Virus record (IMG/VR): IMGVR_UViG_3300012943_000020 | Span: 1 to 37,578 of that record | Reading direction: 5' to 3' (one strand) | DNA length: 37,578 nt | Source of the DNA: a virus | Shown: one piece after another, positions 23,806-32,147 of the stretch | Layout: every line of letters begins with the position of its first letter | Position numbering within the stretch: the first letter of the stretch is position 1 | Translations under genes and position numbers: made by a program | The notes under the pieces: generated by a model | What the model was told of the DNA's origin: nothing | The model's input: only the letters and a program-made list of their open reading frames with translations | Databases searched by the model: none

Positions 23806-23858
23806 TTTAGCATTACATTATCACTAATAGTACTCTTATTGTGCTGTACAGATTAAGC

Positions 23859-24272
23859 TCAACAAATTGGTTTACCTTTGAGCAGGTTTTTTGGTATATC
23901 CTGTGAGCTATTTTTATCATAATCTCTCAAATAGGTTAACAATAGTTCTTTTCCGGCTTCCCACCCCCAGCACGCAGCACACAGATACCCTCTTTGTGTT
24001 TTTCTGTTCATAAACTGTACTTGTTCGGGCGTGAGTTTGTTATTGCCAACTTTTAGCTCTAACCAAAATCCGTGGCATCCATTTTGTGGTAGTGCTAGAA
24101 AAAAATCGAGAACGCCTTTTTTTACGCCCATGCGTTTTAAGGTTCGTCCGGTTTGTACCGAACATTTACGCTCATTGGCAAAATGGTGTAAGTCGTCTTT
24201 TAATTCTTGGAATTGGTGATTAAACCAATTGATTAGATTAATGTGATCTATTTGCTCAGGCTTAAGACTCAT
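23859..24272 (-). CDS. VRR-NUC domain nuclease (137 aa)
   Basis: GVLDFFL...GFWLELK PD-(D/E)XK pattern typical of VRR-NUC. ATGA overlap with the endolysin stop. Confidence 0.65.
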   Translation of the reverse strand: MSLKPEQIDHINLINWFNHQFQELKDDLHHFANERKCSVQTGRTLKRMGVKKGVLDFFLALPQNGCHGFWLELKVGNNKLTPEQVQFMNRKTQRGYLCAACWGWEAGKELLLTYLRDYDKNSSQDIPKNLLKGKPIC

Positions 24273-24703
24273 TTGCCCTCGCGAATCATAACGGCTATTT
24301 CTTTAGCGCGACTACCTACTTGTTTTGACCATACACTATCAAGGGCTTCTATAGATGCTTTGGTATAGTCTTTGACGATTAAAGCAGCAATCATTTTTCT
24401 AAAGCCTAGTAATCGTGGCAATCCCATGTTGAACGACATATTAATTAAGGCTTTTTTAACGCCGTCGGGGGAGTTTAGATACCAGGTAAAACCCTCAACA
24501 TCTTTAATGGCGCGTTTTAGGTCATTGGTAAACATCAGCTCACCCTCATCGGGTAATATGCCGTTGTCCTCGATGTTGCGGCCATATCCTATAGTCCATT
24601 TGCCCACGCTGTCTTTATAGAGACTGTCTTTATATCCTTCGTCCGTTTTTATCCATTGGCGCAATTCTGGGTCATTTATAAAATCAGTCACAATAGTCCT
24701 CAT
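24269..24703 (-). CDS. Endolysin, GH24 T4-lysozyme-like (144 aa)
   Basis: DEGYKDSLYKDSVGKWTIGYGRN matches the E..D..T catalytic segment of T4 lysozyme. No signal or SAR sequence. Confidence 0.85.
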   Translation of the reverse strand: MRTIVTDFINDPELRQWIKTDEGYKDSLYKDSVGKWTIGYGRNIEDNGILPDEGELMFTNDLKRAIKDVEGFTWYLNSPDGVKKALINMSFNMGLPRLLGFRKMIAALIVKDYTKASIEALDSVWSKQVGSRAKEIAVMIREGK

Positions 24704-25124
24704 TGTAGTAATTCCATCCCCATGCCCGTACTGCGTAATACATTAATGAAGCGGTAAATGTAGAAACGCCATCATTTTTAAGCATGTGATAGAAGATTAA
24801 ATCCGTTTGTTTTCGATCAAAGTCACAAGTTTTGCGATAAAACCAATCGTGAATGATAGCGGGTCGTACTAAGGTTGCGTGGTGTGGGGCCATGATGGGC
24901 CATGCAATTTTAGGGATGCTCGCTAGGTCTGTTTCAAAATTGGCGGGTATAACAAAAGTGGTTTTATTGATTTTAAATTTAATGGCATTACATGTTTGAT
25001 AGTGGTAGTCCACTAAGGGCTTAATGCATGTATTGGTTAAAACCCGTGTTTGGATACGCTCTTCATGAGCGCATCCGGTCACGGTGAAGCAGCACAGCAG
25101 GGCAAGTCCTTTGCACCTTATCAT
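24684..25124 (-). CDS. Lipoprotein with a DUF1353-like core (146 aa)
   Basis: Lipobox VTGC. The SIPKIAWPI...AIIHDWFY segment resembles DUF1353. Confidence 0.5.
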   Translation of the reverse strand: MIRCKGLALLCCFTVTGCAHEERIQTRVLTNTCIKPLVDYHYQTCNAIKFKINKTTFVIPANFETDLASIPKIAWPIMAPHHATLVRPAIIHDWFYRKTCDFDRKQTDLIFYHMLKNDGVSTFTASLMYYAVRAWGWNYYNEDYCD

Positions 25125-25128
25125 CAGA

Positions 25129-25821
25129 TTAGCTCGCAGCGCGTACTAATTGATAATTCACAATGGTGTTCGCAGCCGGATCACCACTAAATGTTAGTGT
25201 TAATGTATTGGTTGTTACTACAGCTTGTAACAATGTAACATTGTTTGTGCCGTTGTCAACAACCTGTACAAATGCTCTATCAGTAGCAGCTACAGCACCA
25301 GTCACAGTAATAACTTCGGTAGCTGAACCGCCCGCAGTAGTTACTTGACCAGCAAACTTAATCACAGCAGCCGGAGCAATACCCGCAGCTAATTTTGCTA
25401 ACGTTACTTGAGCCGCAGCAATCTTGGCTGTTGTAATAGCATTACTAGCAATGGTTAATGCACCTGTATTAGCCATTGTGGCATCACCGGACATGGCAAC
25501 ACCTGTTGCAACGTTACCCGCGCTACCTACAAATATATTTCCGCTGGATAAAGTAGAACTTAATCCACCGTTAGCAGTTAATGCAACAAATGCATTAGTA
25601 GCATCATTGAAGGTAAAGAAACCAATACCGCCAGAATAGCTGATTAATATTAGGTCAGTCGCAGCAAATTCAAAAACGCTGTGTTGAATATCAGCTACTT
25701 CTTGAATTGTTGCAGGAAGGGTCCAGAATCCATTAGTGGTAATGGCTGCTAGGTTGCTTGTGGTAACTATAGTGACGATGTTTGGATCACCGTTAAAGTT
25801 ACGCAATAGTGAAGTTATCAT
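25129..25821 (-). CDS. Ala/Thr/Gly-rich fibre-like virion protein (230 aa)
   Basis: AAGGAG RBS. NAITTAKIAAAQVTLAKLAAG-type fibre motifs. Confidence 0.5.
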   Translation of the reverse strand: MITSLLRNFNGDPNIVTIVTTSNLAAITTNGFWTLPATIQEVADIQHSVFEFAATDLILISYSGGIGFFTFNDATNAFVALTANGGLSSTLSSGNIFVGSAGNVATGVAMSGDATMANTGALTIASNAITTAKIAAAQVTLAKLAAGIAPAAVIKFAGQVTTAGGSATEVITVTGAVAATDRAFVQVVDNGTNNVTLLQAVVTTNTLTLTFSGDPAANTIVNYQLVRAAS

Positions 25822-25863
25822 CTGTGGAATCTCCTTATAATTAATAAAAGTAAATCATTTACT

Positions 25864-26061
25864 TCATTTTGTTTTTCTACGTCTTAAGCGGTCTATATCA
25901 TCAACACCTAAGTACCCGACGCCTTCCGCGGCTGCATCACTGCGAACCCCGTATTTACCAGAAGCTTTGGCGCGATCAATAAGTTCATCATGGCCCGCGC
26001 GGCCAGCTCCTTTCCCCTCTCTAACTTCGATTGGTTTCCGTGGTGTCTCATCGTAAGCCAT
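25864..26061 (-). CDS. Hypothetical protein (65 aa)
   Basis: AAGGAG RBS. Confidence 0.55.
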   Translation of the reverse strand: MAYDETPRKPIEVREGKGAGRAGHDELIDRAKASGKYGVRSDAAAEGVGYLGVDDIDRLRRRKTK

Positions 26062-26075
26062 GACTCACTCCTTGA

Positions 26076-26147
26076 TTATTTACAATCCTTCTTCATGGGC
26101 ATTTTCTTTTTGTCCATTTTCTTTGATTCTTTTTTATCTTTTTTCAT
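26076..26147 (-). CDS. Lys-rich micro-ORF MKKDKKESKKMDKKKMPMKKDCK (23 aa)
   Basis: ATGA overlap with the upstream ORF. It fills the gap to the next RBS. Confidence 0.3.
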   Translation of the reverse strand: MKKDKKESKKMDKKKMPMKKDCK

Positions 26148-26314
26148 GATGCTTCCTTATCTTGTACTTTGTCCTTAACCCACTCTAAAGCCTGGTTAGC
26201 AAACGCCTCTACCTCACCAACAATCACTTGTTGCATTTCAGGAACATGCGCTACAAATTCAGCTTCCAACGCTTTTAATAACTGATTTTGAATAAATGAT
26301 GATAGTAAACTCAT
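26144..26314 (-). CDS. Hypothetical protein (56 aa), not in the ORF track
   Basis: TAATG overlap with the upstream stop. I checked all codons and found no in-frame stop. Confidence 0.45.
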   Translation of the reverse strand: MSLLSSFIQNQLLKALEAEFVAHVPEMQQVIVGEVEAFANQALEWVKDKVQDKEAS

Positions 26315-26538
26315 TATCCTTTACCTCCGCGGTCGCCTTTATCCAATATCCTATTGGCTTTGGCATCAATTTTAGCTTTCGATGAGGCTGAAAGCTTCCC
26401 TTTGTTTTCCATCTGTGTGGCGCGCGCTTTAGCATTGGCGGCGTGGGCTTTGTCCGGCATAGGATAGACTTCACGTCCTGGCAAGCCAAAATCAGACTTC
26501 GGTAGCTTGTTCCTCTGCTTCGTTGTGAGCTTGCTCAT
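26314..26538 (-). CDS. Basic hypothetical protein (74 aa)
   Basis: ATG 10 nt after AAGGAGG. Overlaps the upstream gene by 47 nt. Confidence 0.55.
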   Translation of the reverse strand: MSKLTTKQRNKLPKSDFGLPGREVYPMPDKAHAANAKARATQMENKGKLSASSKAKIDAKANRILDKGDRGGKG

Positions 26539-26725
26539 GTTCTTGCGCCTCCTTGGCTAACTGCTCATTACGTAGTTCTTCTTCTTTTGCTTTAGCCAGT
26601 CCACCGATTTGACTACGCACTAGAGCTAAAGCCCCCGCAGTTTGTTGCATCATGTTACTTGCTGCTTCAAATTGTTTTTGTAGTTGATTCGCATGTGCTG
26701 ACAAACTTTCAATCGTTAAAGACAT
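26492..26725 (-). CDS. Coiled-coil hypothetical protein (77 aa)
   Basis: AAGGAG RBS. Confidence 0.55.
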   Translation of the reverse strand: MSLTIESLSAHANQLQKQFEAASNMMQQTAGALALVRSQIGGLAKAKEEELRNEQLAKEAQEHEQAHNEAEEQATEV

Positions 26726-26749
26726 TTACTACACTCCTTTGTTTAAACA

Positions 26750-26980
26750 TTATGGTAATTTTTGCTCAGGTTCAACGGCTAAATTCATTGCTTCAATAGC
26801 CCAATCCGGCAATTCAGTGATTTGCACGTTATTGGAATTTTCGTATTCAATCCAGCCAGCACCATCACGCCACTGTAATGCATGTACAGTAGGGTCGATA
26901 AAGGATAAATCTAGGTTTAGGTATACGTCAACATCTATATAAACAGCACCATCACTAGGTATAATTGTTAATCTATACAT
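26750..26980 (-). CDS. Hypothetical protein (76 aa)
   Basis: AAGAGGA RBS. Confidence 0.55.
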   Translation of the reverse strand: MYRLTIIPSDGAVYIDVDVYLNLDLSFIDPTVHALQWRDGAGWIEYENSNNVQITELPDWAIEAMNLAVEPEQKLP

Positions 26981-27102
26981 TTTGTAAGTCCTCTTTGTTG
27001 ATGTATTAATTTATCAGCTCATTGATCAAAATTATTCTTATCTGCAAATAAAGATTGTAGTCTTTTCTGCATCTCGTCTAAACTCATTTGTTGCTCTCCT
27101 TG

Positions 27103-27264
27103 TTATTCCCATACCGGGATATCATCTATTGTTAAATTGTTATCAACTAAGTATTGCAGAAATGCTTGGTAATCACTATTATTCAGATCCCACGGAATCC
27201 ACATGCCTTCAGGCATTTTTATAATGAAATTTTGTACTTCGCCATATAATTTATAATATTGCAT
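27103..27264 (-). CDS. Hypothetical protein (53 aa), not in the ORF track
   Basis: ATG 8 nt after AAGGA. I checked all codons. Confidence 0.45.
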   Translation of the reverse strand: MQYYKLYGEVQNFIIKMPEGMWIPWDLNNSDYQAFLQYLVDNNLTIDDIPVWE

Positions 27265-27274
27265 ATTTATATCC

Positions 27275-29974
27275 TTAAAGTTCCGATGACAAAGAATAAT
27301 TAACAGCTAGAGTGTTCCCTACTGCATCAGTTGCCGCTTGTGGATTTAAAATCGATATAAAATTTGGACCCGACAATAATGTAGCGGCAGCACCGCTATC
27401 AGCAGCACCAGTAACATTCCTCCAGTTAGCATTCAATGCTAAAGGATTATAATAGGTTGCGGTAGGTGCGGTACGCATAGTGATAGGAAAACGGATAATA
27501 GGAGTATATCTTAAAGCAGCCGCCAATACTGCGGAATAAGCTATACTATTAGCAGTTCCTCCATTTTGGACTGGAGCGGTTGAAGTATCAAATGATTTGC
27601 TATAATAGCGCTGGCAAAGAAACAATTCCTGTTGAAATGTCCTTATTTCAAAAGGCGTCGCAAAATCTCCAGGCTCTAATTGAACTAAGGCAATCTGGAA
27701 TGCATTTCCTATGGTAGCCAAAGCGTTCACTTGATTTGCTGTTGCTCTAAAATTTCCTGTTTGCCAAATATTAGGTGTGGTTTGAAATGTAGACCCACAT
27801 GCAAGTGCAAACTGAACAGATACACCTAATCCATTCGTATAATCCCATGTTCCAGATGCAGGAGAGGAGCTTACTGTGATTGTTTTATATTCCCAAGTAC
27901 TGGAAGCATTGACCACATATTCAGCAATATAAGATCTATCACCCCCTGAGTTGGAAAAACTAACGCAATAAGTACCTGTAACCGAAGCTTTAACCCAAAA
28001 AGATAGAGTGAAAGGTCTTTGTGCAATTCTAGTAAAATTAAATCCCTCAATGGCTTGTAATATTGTAAATAAATCCCCAGTCCCAATTGAAGGATCTGCA
28101 GTTGTAACTGAAACAAGGATGCTATTAGTAGTAAATATTCCAGCTTGAGTAACTGTAGGGGAATCAGTTGACCTGGAAACAGTAACAACAGAAGAAGTAT
28201 TAAAATTCAATCGCCATCTATCTGCGCAATAAACGGCTGTTGCAAGAGCAGGGAAACTAGTTCCTCTCTGCCAAGGATTTAAACTAAAATCACCGCCTAT
28301 AATTAAGTTCTTGGTGAAATTACCAGAAGTTCCAGCAAGCGAGTTTACATAACCTTTAACGGCTTGTTGTGTAGGCAATGATGTTGCGCTATTAGCCGCG
28401 AGCGTTGCATCATTTAAAATTGTTGTAACTCGTGCGTTAGCACCACCTAACCGAACACCGCTGTTTGTTATGTCCATGCGTGAGCTATTACCAGTAACAA
28501 AGTTTTGAATGTCTGTGTCAAATTCAAAATAATTATCTGTATCGCTTGCGTGCTGCATTTGGTTGGCGGTAAATATGAAATTTCCAATCTGGTTTATTCC
28601 AGTGAATGTTTTGTTTCCGGTGATCGTTTGGTTAGTGTTTAATGTCACTACGTTTGGATTGACCGACAAAATAAAAGTAATAGGATCTGTTCCAATGGTT
28701 ACTACAATAGCAGTTTCCATCCAAAATGCGCCCGCATAAACTGTTCCTTGTGTAACCCCCACTGTATCACCTGGGTCAATATCTGTTGGCTCGTCATAGT
28801 CGGTTGCTCTTGTGTAAACAGCAGGTGTTCCGACGCTTCCTAAGTCGGTCACAATGTAGATTCCATTTTGAAAGCTTGAACTTTGAAAAGGGAAAAGAAC
28901 ACGGTCATTAAGAGCAAGTGTTACGCCATCTTGTGTTGCTGCTCCATTAACACTCGCTGTTAGGGTTGCGCCTATTCCACTCGCGCCATTGTTGTATGTT
29001 GCTGAAAAGTTAGCGGTTGCTGATACGCGCACAGGTGCAACAAAGTACCGACCTGCGGCTGTTGCATCAACATATCCTTTATTTGCCGCATCAGTGCTTA
29101 CAAGACATGTTGCAAGGTTATTAATTAGCTTTGAGTTAGCATCTAGGGCATTGAATAGTTGAGCATCTGCTAACTCTACAACTCCAGTTGTTGCGCCAAT
29201 CCTATTGCCATCAATCAACAGATTATCTATAGCAAGGCTTCCATCAATCGAAATATTTCCTGAACCATCACTGTTAAAGTTGGGATCGCCACCAAATGCG
29301 CCCGCATTATTGTATTGAATGTTTCCACTAACACCCCCTGCGTTTGATCCAATCGCATCATCAACATAGGCTTTAGTCGCGGCGTCTTCATCGGCAATAG
29401 GTGTGGCAAGATTATGAATAAAGTTCAACCCCATATCAATATCACCGGTCATTGTTCCACCGGATAATAATAAATAGTTGGCTAGTTGACTTGCGAATGA
29501 ATCCACATAGGTTTTAATGCTTAGAGCCGTTGCAATGTTAGTCGCCAAGGCCGTGGCCATTGTATTGTCATTAATAATGGCACTAACTGCGGTTGTTCCT
29601 TGGATGGTAAGTGTACCAGGTGCATTTAGCGTCGCGGATAATGAAAGTATTGGATTTTGTGGATCGGTGCTATCAATATCAATTTGATCAATAGTTCCAG
29701 TTACTGATTCAATACCAATATTTATGATATCTATCATTACAACCCACCCTTGCAGCGGTGAATAATACTCATAGCTTTGCAATGTTGTATTAAACCGTAA
29801 GCGATAATACATTCCTGGATCTACAGGCGGTCTATCCCCAGTCGAACCAGGAGATAACAAAGGGAATGGGTTATTAAAAATAACGTTATCACCACCGAAT
29901 AAGCCCGCTGTTTCCTGATTAGGAGATAAATCGCCGGCATTACTCATTTGGCTAAATTTTATAGTATCAACCAT
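27275..29974 (-). CDS. Large tail fibre/spike protein (899 aa)
   Basis: Size, Gly/Thr/Asn-rich repetitive beta-type sequence, and a C-terminal jelly-roll-like segment. ATG at 29974 lies 9 nt after AAGGA. Confidence 0.7.
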   Translation of the reverse strand: MVDTIKFSQMSNAGDLSPNQETAGLFGGDNVIFNNPFPLLSPGSTGDRPPVDPGMYYRLRFNTTLQSYEYYSPLQGWVVMIDIINIGIESVTGTIDQIDIDSTDPQNPILSLSATLNAPGTLTIQGTTAVSAIINDNTMATALATNIATALSIKTYVDSFASQLANYLLLSGGTMTGDIDMGLNFIHNLATPIADEDAATKAYVDDAIGSNAGGVSGNIQYNNAGAFGGDPNFNSDGSGNISIDGSLAIDNLLIDGNRIGATTGVVELADAQLFNALDANSKLINNLATCLVSTDAANKGYVDATAAGRYFVAPVRVSATANFSATYNNGASGIGATLTASVNGAATQDGVTLALNDRVLFPFQSSSFQNGIYIVTDLGSVGTPAVYTRATDYDEPTDIDPGDTVGVTQGTVYAGAFWMETAIVVTIGTDPITFILSVNPNVVTLNTNQTITGNKTFTGINQIGNFIFTANQMQHASDTDNYFEFDTDIQNFVTGNSSRMDITNSGVRLGGANARVTTILNDATLAANSATSLPTQQAVKGYVNSLAGTSGNFTKNLIIGGDFSLNPWQRGTSFPALATAVYCADRWRLNFNTSSVVTVSRSTDSPTVTQAGIFTTNSILVSVTTADPSIGTGDLFTILQAIEGFNFTRIAQRPFTLSFWVKASVTGTYCVSFSNSGGDRSYIAEYVVNASSTWEYKTITVSSSPASGTWDYTNGLGVSVQFALACGSTFQTTPNIWQTGNFRATANQVNALATIGNAFQIALVQLEPGDFATPFEIRTFQQELFLCQRYYSKSFDTSTAPVQNGGTANSIAYSAVLAAALRYTPIIRFPITMRTAPTATYYNPLALNANWRNVTGAADSGAAATLLSGPNFISILNPQAATDAVGNTLAVNYSLSSEL

Positions 29975-30001
29975 GGTCACGCATCCTTGTGATTGTGATT
30001 A

Positions 30002-30337
30002 TTAGCCTTGTAGTTTCCTCAATGAAACTCCGACATAGGCTGTACTATCAGGTGTAATAAAGTGTATCACGTCACCCCCTCGAACATACCGCTTTTTAGG
30101 CCTAAACTCATTATAGGGCTGTGTTCCAACGCTTCCACTAGACGGAATAACAGGCGTTCCATTAATGCACACAAATACGTTAGAATCTTGCGTGTACTCA
30201 AAATAAGCCTGGAATTGAGCCGTTACGGGGCCGAGTACTGTATAAGTTTGTTCTACGTTTGAACCGCAATTAACCTGTATCGCTGTATCACTAAAGGGCA
30301 TTGTTTCTATGTAGTTAGCATTGTATTGAATAGTCAT
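30002..30337 (-). CDS. Hypothetical tail-associated protein (111 aa)
   Basis: AAGGA RBS. Lies between the two fibre genes. Confidence 0.55.
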   Translation of the reverse strand: MTIQYNANYIETMPFSDTAIQVNCGSNVEQTYTVLGPVTAQFQAYFEYTQDSNVFVCINGTPVIPSSGSVGTQPYNEFRPKKRYVRGGDVIHFITPDSTAYVGVSLRKLQG

Positions 30338-30354
30338 TTTATATCCTTATAAAG

Positions 30355-31995
30355 TTATTCGTAGCGTATAAACATTTTATAGAGTTGTGTTTGTTGTACA
30401 ATAGGTAGCGCGGTCGCACCCCCTTGTGATGCAACCGTAACCGTTACGGGATTAGTAACAGAATTCACGGCATTAGCTGGCGTTGGCAACGTGCCTCCTC
30501 CACCTGTTCCAGTAAAATAAGTTCCCGAACTTCCAGGGTGATTATGTGCAGGCATGTTGGTGCTGGCGCTGATTGTACTTCCTTGGCTTCCCCCAAATTT
30601 TCCAGGGCCATTATTTGTTGCTCCAAATAATGTACCGCCCGACATAGCAATGACGTAATCGCGCAAATCAGGTACGTTAAAGGTAGTTGTGCCATTACCT
30701 GCCGGATCACTAAAGAACCGAACTGCGGGCAATGTTCCCGTTCTGTTTTGCGATATAGTGATAGTTGTGCCCACAATATTGGAAACGGTTGTTCCAGCGG
30801 GGATGCTATCACCCTCAACCGCCATACCAATCCAATAATCGGCAACCGATGGCACGGTAAACGTTGTTGTTCCCGTCCATGTAGCCACATCGACCTTGGT
30901 CATAGCCAGAAATAATTGATTGTAGGTTTGACGGCTTACCGCTTGACCATTACACAATAAAAAGTGTGCTGGGGTTGCAAATCCTGCACGCACAATAACA
31001 GTACCGACTGGCATAATAGGGTAGGCATCATGGTAGGTGTGATCGATTTGTCTATTAATCGAATCTTGCTCAAAGGTCGGTTCTGATAAATCCTCATTGT
31101 CTTGGGCAATAAGTTGCAAGCTCGTTAAATAAATATCGGTTGTCGTGGGCAACACAATCTTATAATCAATGTAAGCGGCTGGCGGCGTATTGGTATTGCT
31201 TGACGCGCTTAATGTGGCATGCCCTGTATATTCATTAAATGTGCCGTTTACTGTAGCCACATCAAGGATATTAGTAGTTAAAGTGGCTCCTTGTGAATCG
31301 ACTAACACAGACGATAACGGCTGAAATGCTCCACTAACTCGTGCAGTAACCGCAGCAGAAACCGTTTTATTTGCCCACAATACACCGTTTTGTTCAAATC
31401 GTTGTCGCAGTGTGGCGCTATCCCATCCGCTTAAGTTAAGCTCTAGCGCATAAGGTGCGTTCGTTGGGGTTGGTGTGGTGCTGGTCAATGCTACTTTCGT
31501 TATTGTGGCATTGCCTGTACCTGTTAAATCTAAAAACCAACCTGGCCCAATTTGTACCGATGCGGGGTTTGTTCCGCTCACGGATAAAGGCGAAGTAAAT
31601 CTTGTTAAAGCAAACTGTGGGTTGGTTATTTGGTTGGTTGTAGCGTCTGAAACTTGACCTGGGGGCGTTGAACCCGTAGAGCCCGCAACATAATTATTGA
31701 CCTCATACATTAATGGGTCACTTTGCGATGGTGTGTCTACCCCATTATTGAGTCTAAACTCAAGCCTGTAAGTCACGCCAGGTTCAAAGAAAATATCAAC
31801 GGGCAACGTGCCATTGGCTAAAAACTGGATTGGATTAGTCCATGCAACATTCAGATCAGGATCGCGATAAACAGTCGCAGGAATATAAGGCAATACGTTT
31901 TCAAGCACCCACATATAATAGTTATCATCAAAAATCTTGCCGGTTAAATCAAACTCAGCCCAAATCGGGTTACTTCCCCTTATCCCTAAAGCCAT
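30355..31995 (-). CDS. Tail fibre protein with a phage tail-collar domain (546 aa)
   Basis: TTTFNVPDLRDYVI matches the collar-domain signature. Gly-rich C-terminus. AAGGAG RBS. Confidence 0.75.
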   Translation of the reverse strand: MALGIRGSNPIWAEFDLTGKIFDDNYYMWVLENVLPYIPATVYRDPDLNVAWTNPIQFLANGTLPVDIFFEPGVTYRLEFRLNNGVDTPSQSDPLMYEVNNYVAGSTGSTPPGQVSDATTNQITNPQFALTRFTSPLSVSGTNPASVQIGPGWFLDLTGTGNATITKVALTSTTPTPTNAPYALELNLSGWDSATLRQRFEQNGVLWANKTVSAAVTARVSGAFQPLSSVLVDSQGATLTTNILDVATVNGTFNEYTGHATLSASSNTNTPPAAYIDYKIVLPTTTDIYLTSLQLIAQDNEDLSEPTFEQDSINRQIDHTYHDAYPIMPVGTVIVRAGFATPAHFLLCNGQAVSRQTYNQLFLAMTKVDVATWTGTTTFTVPSVADYWIGMAVEGDSIPAGTTVSNIVGTTITISQNRTGTLPAVRFFSDPAGNGTTTFNVPDLRDYVIAMSGGTLFGATNNGPGKFGGSQGSTISASTNMPAHNHPGSSGTYFTGTGGGGTLPTPANAVNSVTNPVTVTVASQGGATALPIVQQTQLYKMFIRYE

Positions 31996-32010
31996 TTATT
32001 CCACTCCTTG

Positions 32011-32019
32011 TGATATAAT
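32011..32019 (+). promoter_or_regulatory. Extended -10 promoter TGATATAAT on the plus strand, inside the late block
   Basis: Read directly. No good -35. Confidence 0.4.
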
Positions 32020-32075
32020 GCTTGTTTTTTGTCCAAACAATCCGTTATAATCCCTCTTTTAGCTGTGAGGTTATT

Positions 32076-32147
32076 ATGATTTGGGTTTTCTTATTTTTCG
32101 TTGTTTACTGGATGCTAGGCCCTGTAGTTGATTCATTATTTGATTAA
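32076..32147 (+). CDS. Hydrophobic micro-ORF MIWVFLFFVVYWMLGPVVDSLFD (23 aa)
   Basis: ATG 5 nt after GTGAGG. Its 3' end overlaps the 461-aa gene convergently by 12 nt. Confidence 0.3.
   Translation: MIWVFLFFVVYWMLGPVVDSLFD

Noticed and set aside
25163-25639. Plus-strand ORFs inside the 230-aa fibre-like gene, and similar nested ORFs in the fibre and portal genes (for example 27871-28188, 30465-30890, 35735-36166, 3349-3768)
   Set aside because: They are mirror-frame artefacts of compositionally biased genes. They have no RBS, and they overlap longer ORFs that show synteny and coupling signals.
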